From: a virus
DNA length: 64,000 nucleotides
Virus record (IMG/VR): IMGVR_UViG_3300029520_000002
Direction: 5' to 3' (one strand)
The first letter of the stretch is position 1. Each line of letters begins with the position of its first letter. Of the stretch, positions 8,701 to 17,477 are shown piece by piece. Below the pieces are notes generated by a model. The model saw only the letters and a program-made list of their open reading frames with translations, had not been told where the DNA came from and ran no database searches. Position numbers and translations under genes: made by a program.

Positions 8701-8862
8701 ATGGAAACTTCCACAATTGTGCTTATTATTTTGCTTTCAATAGCACTTTTGGTATGGATAGTATCTTTTATTCGAGAAAATGAATACAATCGAACCAATT
8801 TAATTATTCTTTTAAATGTTATTACATATGTGGTACTCATTATAATCCGACTTACAATGTAA
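8701..8862 (+). CDS. small membrane protein (53 aa)
   Basis: SD AGGAGGAAA. Two hydrophobic helices. Confidence 0.4.
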   Translation: METSTIVLIILLSIALLVWIVSFIRENEYNRTNLIILLNVITYVVLIIIRLTM

Positions 8863-8875
8863 AAGGAGAGCCAAA

Positions 8876-9160
8876 ATGAAGCATAAATGTATTAAGACAG
8901 CAGTATTAATCACAGGGATTACAGCAATCACAATGTTTAGCGGTTGTTCTTCCTGTAGCAGATCATTAAAATCACTGTCTAGTGATATTGACGGTGGTTT
9001 GAACCGTACCGTAACTGTTTACGATTACAACGGCGGTAAAATCAAGTCCTGGTCTGGGAAGTTCGATGTTTCTGAATCTGAAAATGAAGTTTATTTTGAT
9101 GATTCGGACGGAAAGAGGGTTATTATCCATGGCGGTATTGTAGTGAATGAGGAAAACTAG
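8876..9160 (+). CDS. lipoprotein
   Basis: Signal peptide with a lipobox (ITMFSGC). SD AAAGGAGAG. Confidence 0.65.
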   Translation: MKHKCIKTAVLITGITAITMFSGCSSCSRSLKSLSSDIDGGLNRTVTVYDYNGGKIKSWSGKFDVSESENEVYFDDSDGKRVIIHGGIVVNEEN

Positions 9161-9174
9161 GAGGGATAATAGTT

Positions 9175-9774
9175 ATGAATGAAATTTTAAAGAAAGCAAA
9201 AGAACTGGTTGAACTTTTAGAGAAGCAGGAGAAAAGTGGGAAAATCAAATTATCAGAGTTGAACCCTGGTGATGTATTCCAAACTACAGGTAAAAGAAAA
9301 TACAAAGTGTTGGAACAGTATGAAAATACCACCAAGATAGTTTCTTTTAACCTTGTAAAAGAAAATGTAAAATTCGGGGATAATGCAGATTATTTAGAGT
9401 CTGAATTAAAAGAACTTTGTGACACGGAAATTTTAGCGAATTTTGAAGAGGAATTTGGTGCGGAGAATATTGAAACACATGAAGCAGATCTTATTACGGT
9501 CGACGGTCAGAATACAGGCGTTTCGGTGAAATGTAAAATCAGACCTCTTACATTTGATGAAGCAAGAAAATATACGGAATTAACTCCGAACAAAAAACTT
9601 AATGACTGGTATTGGACATGTACATCTTGGTCAACAAAAGAACGCGGATGGAATAGCGTTGCCGTTGTTTCCTCCTCGGGTAACGTCCGCAACTATGTCT
9701 GCCTCGGTGTCAACGGTGTTCGCCCAGTTTGTATCTTAAAATCTAATCTCTTTGTATCTAAGGTGGAGGAATAA
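9175..9774 (+). CDS. DGR target protein 1 (DUF6273-like, C-terminal variable region)
   Basis: The C-terminus ...WYWTCTSWSTKERGWNSVAVVSSSGNVRNYVCLGVNGVRPVCIL contains VR1. Paralog of the next gene. No signal peptide. Confidence 0.85.
   Translation: MNEILKKAKELVELLEKQEKSGKIKLSELNPGDVFQTTGKRKYKVLEQYENTTKIVSFNLVKENVKFGDNADYLESELKELCDTEILANFEEEFGAENIETHEADLITVDGQNTGVSVKCKIRPLTFDEARKYTELTPNKKLNDWYWTCTSWSTKERGWNSVAVVSSSGNVRNYVCLGVNGVRPVCILKSNLFVSKVEE
9661..9735 (+). repeat. DGR variable region VR1
   Basis: 75 nt alignable to the TR. In the central 27 nt, 10 mismatches all fall at TR adenines. Confidence 0.9.
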
Positions 9775-9776
9775 AA

Positions 9777-10373
9777 ATGAAAAAAGATTTGAAATATTTT
9801 GAGTCAGAAATAAAAAGAATTACAGAGGAATTCGAGGATTACAAAAAGAAACACATGGGCACTCCGAAACCCGGGGAAGTGGTTGAAATTTCCGGTATGG
9901 AATGGATGATCCTGGACAAGCTTCCAGATGGATATTTTGCAATTTTAAATAGTTTTTATGGTAAAGCAAAAATGTTTGATTCAGATTCCAGCAATTGGAA
10001 AGAAAGTTCTTTAAGAGAAGAATTAAACACATCATTTTTAGAAAAAATTAATACGACTTTCGCTGGAAATGCAGTTGTTGAATTTGACCGTAACCTGTTG
10101 GCATTGGACGGGCAGACTGAATATGGAACTTGTAGAGATAAGATTTCACTCTTAACCGTTGATGAATACAGAAAATACAGGAAATATTTGCCAAATATGG
10201 ATAAATGGTGGTGGCTTATTACACCATGTAGTACACCTTGCAATGATTATTTTAAGAGCGTTGCCGTTGTTTCCTCCTCGGGTAACGTCCGCAGCAGTAA
10301 CTGCAGCAATGGCCTCGGTGTTCGCCCAGTTTGTATCTTTTCCTCTTCAATCTTTGAATCAGACGAGGATTAA
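9777..10373 (+). CDS. DGR target protein 2 (DUF6273-like, C-terminal variable region)
   Basis: The C-terminus ...WWWLITPCSTPCNDYFKSVAVVSSSGNVRSSNCSNGLGVRPVCIF contains VR2. Confidence 0.85.
   Translation: MKKDLKYFESEIKRITEEFEDYKKKHMGTPKPGEVVEISGMEWMILDKLPDGYFAILNSFYGKAKMFDSDSSNWKESSLREELNTSFLEKINTTFAGNAVVEFDRNLLALDGQTEYGTCRDKISLLTVDEYRKYRKYLPNMDKWWWLITPCSTPCNDYFKSVAVVSSSGNVRSSNCSNGLGVRPVCIFSSSIFESDED
10263..10337 (+). repeat. DGR variable region VR2
   Basis: 75 nt alignable to the TR. In the central 27 nt, 8 mismatches all fall at TR adenines. Confidence 0.9.
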
Positions 10374-10396
10374 TAATGGCAAATGAAGATTTATAG

Positions 10397-10747
10397 GTGA
10401 TAATAAAAGCCAAGCAGTTAGCAAAACACACGCTTATAGTAACCAGTAACGCGAGGAGATATCCTAAGAAATTCAGATTTTCTTTAGTTGATAAAATGCA
10501 GAACAAATCGCTCGAAATACACGCTAAGCTCTTTGAAGCCAATCGAACAGATTTGAAAGATTATAAGAGAGAAAGGCTAGAATTACAGACAAAAGCAATT
10601 ACATATTGTGATGAACTTCTCTTTTATATAGAGCTTTCATACGAGCTTAACATCATTAATTCGGGAAGTATGGAGGCATGGTCGAAAATGGTTACAGATA
10701 TTAAGCATATGGCGATTGCTTGGAGAACAAAAGACAGAAACAGATGA
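10397..10747 (+). CDS. avd: DGR accessory variability determinant (Avd-like four-helix-bundle protein)
   Basis: 116-aa basic helical protein between the targets and the TR. Size, position and pattern fit Avd. GTG start. Confidence 0.75.
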   Translation: MIIKAKQLAKHTLIVTSNARRYPKKFRFSLVDKMQNKSLEIHAKLFEANRTDLKDYKRERLELQTKAITYCDELLFYIELSYELNIINSGSMEAWSKMVTDIKHMAIAWRTKDRNR

Positions 10748-10771
10748 TTTTTATAGGTTATGCGTTGTAGA

Positions 10772-10846
10772 GCCGTTGTTTCCTCCTCGGGTAACGTCAA
10801 CAACAATAACTGCAACAATGACAACGGTGTTCGCCCAACCTGTATC
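10772..10846 (+). repeat. DGR template repeat (TR)
   Basis: Sequence: gccgttgtttcctcctcgggtaacgtc-AACAACAATAACTGCAACAATGACAAC-ggtgttcgccca-acctgtatc. A-rich AAC/AAT codons. Lies in non-coding DNA between avd and the RT. Confidence 0.9.
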
Positions 10847-10941
10847 ACAGGCAGACAGAGTAAGCAGAAAGCTGAAATCCGAATAGATACAAGCAAATGC
10901 ATAACCTTTCCGAAATGGATAAATATAAAGGAACAAAATAA

Positions 10942-11832
10942 ATGGATAAAGAAATTGTGGCAAATTTTGAAAACTTGTATTCATCTTACAAACGAGTTAA
11001 GGCAGATAAAAAATTCAATTCCGGCACTGCCAGGTTTTCTATTATGGCGTTGGAAGGAATCCAAACATTGAAAGAACAATTGGAAAATCAAACGTATTCC
11101 ATAGCACCGTATAATAAATTCAAAATATATGAGCCGAAAGAACGCATCATAGAATCGTGTTCTTTCAAAGACAAGACGGTACAGAGATGCTTTTCAGACT
11201 ACATTCTTACGCCGAAATTAAATAATATTTTTATAAAATGGAACACAGCAGGACAAATCGGAAAAGGTCATTATATGGCAATGGATGGTCTGCGAGATCA
11301 TATGTTGGAATTTTACGGTAAAAATGGTTTAAATGGCTGGATTGTAAAATGCGATATTCATAAATATTTTTACAGCATAGATCATGAAATCATGAAAGAC
11401 GTGGTGGATTACTATTTTGATGATGAATTTACAGTGTGGTTAAATCATCTATTTATTGACAGCGCCGAAAATCCAGGACTTCCACTTGGAAATCAAGTTA
11501 ATCAGAAATACGCATTGTTGTTACTGCATTCACTGGATCAAATGATAACAATTGAATACGGAATACAGCATTACGGAAGGTATAACGATGATTTCTATGT
11601 GATTTGTAAAAGTAAAGAAGAAGCCAGAGAAATACTTGAAGCTATCCAACTCATGGTTGAAAGCCTTAAATTAGAATTGAATACCAAATCACAGATTGTG
11701 CCATTTAAAATGGGATTGTGCTATCTTGGCTTTCACCATTATGTAACCTCCGATGGGAAATATATTAGAAAACTTCGAGGAGATAAAAAAGAAAAACACA
11801 CAGGAAGATTCGAAATTGGATTAGAGCTGTGA
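10942..11832 (+). CDS. DGR reverse transcriptase (main ORF, ends prematurely)
   Basis: RT motifs: EPKERIIESCSFKDKTVQ, CDIHKYFYSIDH, GLPLGNQVNQ, and the catalytic RYNDDFYV (YxDD). Confidence 0.9.
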   Translation: MDKEIVANFENLYSSYKRVKADKKFNSGTARFSIMALEGIQTLKEQLENQTYSIAPYNKFKIYEPKERIIESCSFKDKTVQRCFSDYILTPKLNNIFIKWNTAGQIGKGHYMAMDGLRDHMLEFYGKNGLNGWIVKCDIHKYFYSIDHEIMKDVVDYYFDDEFTVWLNHLFIDSAENPGLPLGNQVNQKYALLLLHSLDQMITIEYGIQHYGRYNDDFYVICKSKEEAREILEAIQLMVESLKLELNTKSQIVPFKMGLCYLGFHHYVTSDGKYIRKLRGDKKEKHTGRFEIGLEL

Positions 11833-11987
11833 ATAATGGCGAAATGACAGAAGAAAAATTTCAAGAAAAATATAATGCGTGTAAAAACAATATGCTGCAT
11901 GGGAATTGTATTAAATTATGCCACAGCATGGATTTGGATGTTAAGAAAAGAATGAAAAGAGGTGATGAAAAATGTTCATGCGAGTAG
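11787..11987 (+). other. -1-frame continuation encoding an RT C-terminal-like segment
   Basis: Open -1 frame reads KRKTHRKIRNWIRAVNNGEMTEEKFQEKYNACKNNMLHGNCIKLCHSM.... It resembles the usual DGR RT C-terminus and joins at the A6 run 11785-11790. Confidence 0.5.
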
Positions 11988-12739
11988 TAAACACAGGAAG
12001 TACCCATGGAAACTGCTATGTTCTGAAATCAAACACAGGAGAAATGCTTCTTCTGGACTGCGGATGCAGATACAAAGACATTCTGAAGGCTATTGATTAT
12101 AGGACAAGTGATGTTTCTGGTGTTCTTCTGACGCATGAACACGGTGATCACCGTGAATCATTTAAAAATCTGATGAATTTAGGTATTCAGATTTACACCA
12201 ATGATGAAACCGTGGAACATCTGCAAATCATCACTGGTGAGCTAATGAAAGGCGTTCCAGAAAAAAGACCGTTTCGTGTTGGCTCTTTTACAGTAATACC
12301 GTTTTATTTGCCTCATACCACAAGGGATAAGGACACAGGGCAACTTATTCCATGTTTCAATTATGGTTATATCGTGGAGCATGAAGAGATGGGAAAGCTG
12401 TTGTACATGACAGACTTTGAGTTTTGCCGATACAATTTCAAAGCAATGCGACTGAACCACTTAGTTATTGAGTGCAACTATTGTAAAGAATTGGTTGACA
12501 AAACAGCTGAAAATTACACGCACAGGCTTAAAGGGCATTGCTCCTTAGATACTTGCAAAAGCTTAGTAAATACAAACCATACGGCGGCATTACGGACGGT
12601 AACATTGGTGCATTTGAGTAATGAAGCAGCTGACCCGGAACAGATTTTGAGTGAGATACAAGAAACGTCTGGTGCTGATACAATCGTCCAGATTGCAGCA
12701 CCTGGACTGGAAATTAACTTGGACTTATGTCCGTTTTGA
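11972..12739 (+). CDS. MBL-fold metallo-hydrolase
   Basis: HxHxDH motif (LLTHEHGDHRES). SD GAGGTG. Confidence 0.8.
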   Translation: MFMRVVNTGSTHGNCYVLKSNTGEMLLLDCGCRYKDILKAIDYRTSDVSGVLLTHEHGDHRESFKNLMNLGIQIYTNDETVEHLQIITGELMKGVPEKRPFRVGSFTVIPFYLPHTTRDKDTGQLIPCFNYGYIVEHEEMGKLLYMTDFEFCRYNFKAMRLNHLVIECNYCKELVDKTAENYTHRLKGHCSLDTCKSLVNTNHTAALRTVTLVHLSNEAADPEQILSEIQETSGADTIVQIAAPGLEINLDLCPF

Positions 12740-12752
12740 AAGGAGAAAATTA

Positions 12753-13241
12753 ATGCCCAAAAAATTTAAAAACTATGTAATTAAAGGACAGGAGCATGTA
12801 GACCGTAAAACAGGAAAAACAATTCCTTCACTTAGTGCATGGCGTTCAGTAGAAGATGTGCTTCCAGAAACTCCAGTTGATGATACCGCATGTTTGTATT
12901 ATGTAAAGCTGAAAAACTCCGAAAAAATCATCATGCTTGCATATACTGGAAATGGCGAATGGACTGACACAGAAGGAAAAGAATACAAAGGTGTAGAGAC
13001 ATGGCTTGAATATATGCCGAAAATACATCCGATAGTCAAGAAAGAATTTTTCTTAAACGAAGAATTTCTGACAATGATTGTTTCTGACTACATGGAGAAA
13101 AATGAGGGAGTTACAGTTAATTCAAAAAATGTTCGCTTTAAAGTTGGAAGAAAAACTGTCGGCTATGGTATGAGTGAGCATGAAGAACTGGTATTCATTG
13201 GATGTGATGTAGTAGCTATGGGAGAGGAGGACTGTAAATGA
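12753..13241 (+). CDS. hypothetical protein
   Basis: ATG preceded by AAGGAGAAAA. 162 aa. Confidence 0.6.
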   Translation: MPKKFKNYVIKGQEHVDRKTGKTIPSLSAWRSVEDVLPETPVDDTACLYYVKLKNSEKIIMLAYTGNGEWTDTEGKEYKGVETWLEYMPKIHPIVKKEFFLNEEFLTMIVSDYMEKNEGVTVNSKNVRFKVGRKTVGYGMSEHEELVFIGCDVVAMGEEDCK

Positions 13242-13561
13242 GCGTATTCAGTGTACCAGTAACGATTGGTGTTAATGAGGAAGAAATTGCCAAGGAAATC
13301 CGTAAAAATGTTGAGGACAGGGTAGTTGAAAAAATTACCAAGGAGATTAAAGAGGTTATTTACGAAAAATCCACATACGGAAGTAGGGATACCAATGAGC
13401 CGTTGAAAAGAATGGTTCGTATGCAGATTGGAGAAATCTTAGAAAAGAACGAAAGCGTGATCGTACAGGAAGCGGCAAAAGCCTTGGCAGATAAGATGAT
13501 TAAAACCAAGGCTGTGAAAGAAGCAATAAAAGAAACTATTGAGAAAGTCAAGGAGGATTAA
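13238..13561 (+). CDS. hypothetical protein (Lys/Glu-rich helical)
   Basis: 107-aa ORF with SD GGAGAGGAGG and ATGA overlap. Confidence 0.6.
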   Translation: MSVFSVPVTIGVNEEEIAKEIRKNVEDRVVEKITKEIKEVIYEKSTYGSRDTNEPLKRMVRMQIGEILEKNESVIVQEAAKALADKMIKTKAVKEAIKETIEKVKED

Positions 13562-13564
13562 TCA

Positions 13565-13921
13565 ATGAAAATCTTCTTAAAAACACTTGACAAACTGAAA
13601 AAGTCAGAACCTTCCGAACAGGAATGCAAGTACGATAAAGGCTGGAATGATGCAATCAAGAAAGTTGAAGAATTAATTTGTTCCTACAGCTCTTCGGATA
13701 TGTGGATTCCAACAGAAGTGAAGCTGCCGCCAGAACCAGACAAAGGAGAAAATCCCGGAGATTGGAAAAAATATACAGTTACAATTAAGGGGGCTATTTT
13801 ACCAACAAGTCTTACTTATTTAGGAGACGGTAAATGGGGAAGTGTAGAAGCATATGGCTTTGCGTATTACCCAGTCATTGCATGGCAACCAATGCCACCA
13901 GCTTACAAACCAGGGAGGTAA
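13565..13921 (+). CDS. DUF551-like protein
   Basis: WIPTEVKLPPEP...VIAWQPMPPAYKPG resembles the DUF551 signature (W.P..e.LPe ... aWmPlPepy). Confidence 0.55.
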   Translation: MKIFLKTLDKLKKSEPSEQECKYDKGWNDAIKKVEELICSYSSSDMWIPTEVKLPPEPDKGENPGDWKKYTVTIKGAILPTSLTYLGDGKWGSVEAYGFAYYPVIAWQPMPPAYKPGR

Positions 13922-13926
13922 CACCA

Positions 13927-14115
13927 TTGGAAATTACAATCGGAATTTGTGCAGAGGAAATCAAAGAAATCCTTGTTGAGCACATCAAGACAAAAGGATT
14001 TGACGTAACAGAAGATGATATTTCCTTTGTTATCGGGAAAGAAGAAGTTGTAACAGGAAATACAAAGAAAATCAAACACGCGCTTATCAGATGTGATATT
14101 CAGATTGAGAGGTGA
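13927..14115 (+). CDS. hypothetical protein (TTG start proposed)
   Basis: The upstream part of ORF 13834-14115 overlaps the previous gene. TTG at 13927 follows GGGAGGT. Confidence 0.3.
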   Translation: MEITIGICAEEIKEILVEHIKTKGFDVTEDDISFVIGKEEVVTGNTKKIKHALIRCDIQIER

Positions 14116-14119
14116 TATT

Positions 14120-14545
14120 GTGAATATTGTTATTCTTTCTGGAAGATTAACTGCTGATCCAGATATCAGAATGGGAACGAATGACATCAAAATTGCAAGA
14201 TATATTTTGGCTGTCGAAAGAAGAGTGAAAAAGAACACGGAAAGAAAATCTGACTTTATCACTTGTGTGTGCCTTGGCAAAAATGCAGAATTCGCAGAGA
14301 AATATCTTAAAAAAGGCACGAAAGTAAATGTGCGCGGAGAATGGCAGACCGGAAGTTATACGAACAAAAATGGCGAAAAAGTTTACTCAAATGATTGCCT
14401 TGTTGCAGAACATGAATTTGCAGAAAGAAAGAGTCAGTCACCACAGACACAGGAAACAGATACACGACCAGTACCACCGCCGGAACCTAGTTTCATGGAT
14501 GTGCCGGATTTAGGTGGTATGGAAGATGAATTTCCGTTTAGTTAG
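14120..14545 (+). CDS. ssb: single-stranded DNA-binding protein
   Basis: VNIVILSGRLTADPDIRMG... OB fold, with the canonical acidic tail MEDEFPFS. GTG start after GAGAGGTGA. Confidence 0.85.
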   Translation: MNIVILSGRLTADPDIRMGTNDIKIARYILAVERRVKKNTERKSDFITCVCLGKNAEFAEKYLKKGTKVNVRGEWQTGSYTNKNGEKVYSNDCLVAEHEFAERKSQSPQTQETDTRPVPPPEPSFMDVPDLGGMEDEFPFS

Positions 14546-14555
14546 GGAGAAAGTT

Positions 14556-15182
14556 ATGGTAGAAGTTGCTGTTTATGATGCACTTAGAGAAATGGTTAAT
14601 TCCGAAATTGAAGAAGAGAAGCCCTTACTTACATTAAAAAGCAGTAAAGACGCAAAGACATATACCAATGGAAAAAACAAAAATTTCAGAATGACAGAAT
14701 ATTGCATTAATTGGTATGTAGCGTTGAAGTTTAATGCTTGGAGTGTAAGAACGGATAAGGCAAAAACTTATTACTGGTTCCATGAAAATGGAAAATATAT
14801 TCTTCAATTATGGTTGAAAGATACATTTGGAACTATTTCTAATGCAATTAATAATAGCAATACTTTTGATGACTTATTTAACAACTATTTGGATTGGTTC
14901 AATCGAAAAAGATTGGAAATGAGGAAGAAAATGGAAAATCAGTTAAAAGAAACTACCAACAACAAACTTGCAGAAATGAAAATCCCTCATTCTCATGGTG
15001 GAGTTGCAAATCTCCTTAAAGTTTTGACAAATACTATGAAAATGCAGGGAGCGGATATCCGTAGCATTGCTAAAGTACAATATGCTATTTGTAAGCAAGC
15101 TGGAATCTATATCCCAGATGAATTCATTGAAGATGTTGCAGTTGCTATGGAATGTGAAAATCCAGATGTTTTAGATAATTAG
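14556..15182 (+). CDS. hypothetical protein
   Basis: ATG after GGGAGAA. 208 aa. Confidence 0.6.
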   Translation: MVEVAVYDALREMVNSEIEEEKPLLTLKSSKDAKTYTNGKNKNFRMTEYCINWYVALKFNAWSVRTDKAKTYYWFHENGKYILQLWLKDTFGTISNAINNSNTFDDLFNNYLDWFNRKRLEMRKKMENQLKETTNNKLAEMKIPHSHGGVANLLKVLTNTMKMQGADIRSIAKVQYAICKQAGIYIPDEFIEDVAVAMECENPDVLDN

Positions 15183-15190
15183 GAGCATAC

Positions 15191-16564
15191 ATGAAAGACT
15201 TAATTATAGATTGCTTTGCCGGGGGCGGGGGCGCATCCGTAGGAATTGAAATGGCTCTTGGTAGACCTGTTGATATAGCAATAAACCATGATCCAGATGC
15301 AATTCTAATGCATAAGACGAATCATCCTGGAACACTACATTTGACCGAAGATATTTTCAAAGTAGATTTGCAGAAATATGTTAGGAATCAGCACGTAGCG
15401 TTGATGTGGGCTTCGCCAGACTGCACAAGCCATTCAAAGGCAAAGGGCGGGCAACCACGAAAACAAGGACTTCGTATACTTCCTTGGGCAGTATATAAAC
15501 ACGCCAAAGCAATTCTGCCAGATGTAATTATCATGGAGAATGTAGAAGAAATACAGCAATGGGGGCCGTTGGATGAGAAAGGGCATCCAATCAAGGAACG
15601 TATGGGCGAAGATTATAACAAATTCATTTCTGCCATGAAATCTATAGGATATGAGTTTGAAAGCCAGGAATTAGTAGCAGCGGATTATGGCGCACCGACT
15701 ACAAGAAAACGTTGGTATGCAATATTCCGTAGAGACGGGAAGCAGATTAAATGGCCTGCGCCAACAAACAATAAGCTAGGTTCGGATGGTTTGAAACCAT
15801 ATAAGCAGTGTGGAGACTATATTGACTGGACAGACCTTGGAAAATCAATTTTTGACCGTCCAAAACCGCTTGCAGAAGCAACTCAGAAGAGAATTGCTAA
15901 TGGCATTAAAAAGTACATTATCGAGAACCCAGAGCCTTACATTGTGAAAGATAAAAATGCACTTGCATTTATCATCCAGTATCACGGAGAAACCCGTGAG
16001 GGGGATTCCAGGGGACAATTGCTGACGGAACCTATAAAAACCATTGATACATCGAACAGATATGGTCTCGTGACAGCTTTTATCACGAAATATTACAAGA
16101 CCGGAATCGGTCAAGGATGTGATGAGCCACTGCATACGATAACGACATCACCCGGCCACTTCGGAGTGATATCTGCATTTTTGGTTAAGTATTACGGAAC
16201 AGGATGTGGACAGGTATTAAATGAACCACTTGGAACCATTACCACAAAAGACAGGTTCGGACTTGTAAATGTTTTGGTTGATATTCACGGAGAGAAATAC
16301 ATTATTTCGGATATTTTCCTAAGAATGTTAAAGCCGGAAGAACTAAAGGTGATGCAGGGATTTCCAAAAGATTACATCATTGATCGGGATTACAAATGGA
16401 GAAATTACCCGATTGCAAAACAGGTAGCAAGAATTGGAAATAGTGTTGTTCCGGTAATGGCAGAAGCACTTGTGAAAGCAAATTGCCCGTATCTGAAAGT
16501 CGGAGAACGCAAAACTGCTCCAATGATTTATATTCAGAATAACGGACAGGTAGCGTTCGGCTGA
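15191..16564 (+). CDS. DNA (cytosine-5)-methyltransferase
   Basis: Motifs: motif I DCFAGGGGAS, motif IV-like ASPDCTSHS, IMENVEE, MQGFPKDY, RIGNSVVP. Confidence 0.85.
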   Translation: MKDLIIDCFAGGGGASVGIEMALGRPVDIAINHDPDAILMHKTNHPGTLHLTEDIFKVDLQKYVRNQHVALMWASPDCTSHSKAKGGQPRKQGLRILPWAVYKHAKAILPDVIIMENVEEIQQWGPLDEKGHPIKERMGEDYNKFISAMKSIGYEFESQELVAADYGAPTTRKRWYAIFRRDGKQIKWPAPTNNKLGSDGLKPYKQCGDYIDWTDLGKSIFDRPKPLAEATQKRIANGIKKYIIENPEPYIVKDKNALAFIIQYHGETREGDSRGQLLTEPIKTIDTSNRYGLVTAFITKYYKTGIGQGCDEPLHTITTSPGHFGVISAFLVKYYGTGCGQVLNEPLGTITTKDRFGLVNVLVDIHGEKYIISDIFLRMLKPEELKVMQGFPKDYIIDRDYKWRNYPIAKQVARIGNSVVPVMAEALVKANCPYLKVGERKTAPMIYIQNNGQVAFG

Positions 16565-16581
16565 AAGAAGGTGATCTAAAT

Positions 16582-17160
16582 TTGAATTACGCACAAATAT
16601 TCGCAATAAAGCAAGAACGAGAAGAGCGAATAAAGAAGATATGTCCAGGGATTCCGAATACAAGTGGCATATATGCTTTTTACAGGGTAGATGAAGCTGG
16701 TATTAGACGCAGTTATGTGGGACAAGCACTCAGACTTCGTGAGAGATGTGCGAGCCATTTAGGCGAATATGACCACATAGCATTAAGCCTTAAAAAACAT
16801 AAGTTTTACAGTGAAAGTAATCCTACTGGTTGGAAACTTGCATACAGAACTTGTAAAAAGAGTGAACTTGACCAGAAAGAAATTGAAACAATCAAGGCTT
16901 TTGCAGATAAAGGTTTCCAGATGTACAATATTACAGCTGGTGGACAGTCAACAGGGAAACAAGTAACAGGACAATATAAACCGCCAAAGACATACAGACA
17001 GGGAATCCAACAGGGGAAAATAACCCTTTCAAGAGAACTAAAACACATCATTGATACTCACTTAAATGTATCAATCAGACCAGAAAAAGCAAATAACAAA
17101 GTATCTATTAAGGCGTTGGAAAAATTCAACGACTTACTCAATGAAGAAAACTATCACTGA
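16582..17160 (+). CDS. GIY-YIG homing-endonuclease-like nuclease
   Basis: SGIYAFYRVDEAG..RSYVGQALRLRERCASHL fits the GIY-YIG pattern. TTG start. Free-standing between two methyltransferase genes. Confidence 0.7.
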   Translation: MNYAQIFAIKQEREERIKKICPGIPNTSGIYAFYRVDEAGIRRSYVGQALRLRERCASHLGEYDHIALSLKKHKFYSESNPTGWKLAYRTCKKSELDQKEIETIKAFADKGFQMYNITAGGQSTGKQVTGQYKPPKTYRQGIQQGKITLSRELKHIIDTHLNVSIRPEKANNKVSIKALEKFNDLLNEENYH

Positions 17161-17333
17161 TTCTAACACACCAGTAGTTCTACTGGCTAAATTCCAAAGA
17201 TAAAAAATAAAAAAATGAAAGGAGCTTGCCTTCAGCTGATGTAAGGGTGCACCGGGCTTCTAAATTTAGAATGGTGTACAAATTCTCAAAATCAGTTACA
17301 TGCAGTATCGAATGGACTTTGTAAAGTTTCTAA

Positions 17334-17477
17334 AAAGTTATCTACGTAGAAACGTCAAAAATTTACAATAGTAGCGGAGAAGCAGAGCGTGAAACTGGAA
17401 TTTGTGCAAGAAATATAAGAAGTGCTTGTTCTGGGCACTATAAAACAGCAGGAGGATATCATTGGAAATGGGCTTAA
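17334..17477 (+). pseudogene. orphan NUMOD1/IENR1-like DNA-binding module without a start codon
   Basis: Stop-to-stop frame reads KVIYVETSKIYNSSGEAERETGICARNIRSACSGHYKTAGGYHWKWA. This is a typical C-terminal homing-endonuclease HTH. There is no ATG/GTG/TTG, and it overlaps the start of the next gene. Confidence 0.55.

Noticed and set aside
10760-11071. 103-aa + strand ORF (MRCRAVVSSSGNVNNNNCNNDNGVRP...).
   Set aside because: It is simply the translation of the DGR template repeat and the TR-RT spacer. It has no SD and overlaps the RT start. The TR is expected to be non-coding.
10942-11832. The reverse transcriptase as a retron or group II intron RT.
   Set aside because: An adjacent Avd-like gene, an A-rich TR and two VRs with adenine-only substitutions identify it as a DGR RT. 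No intron RNA domains or msr/msd-like inverted repeats were seen.
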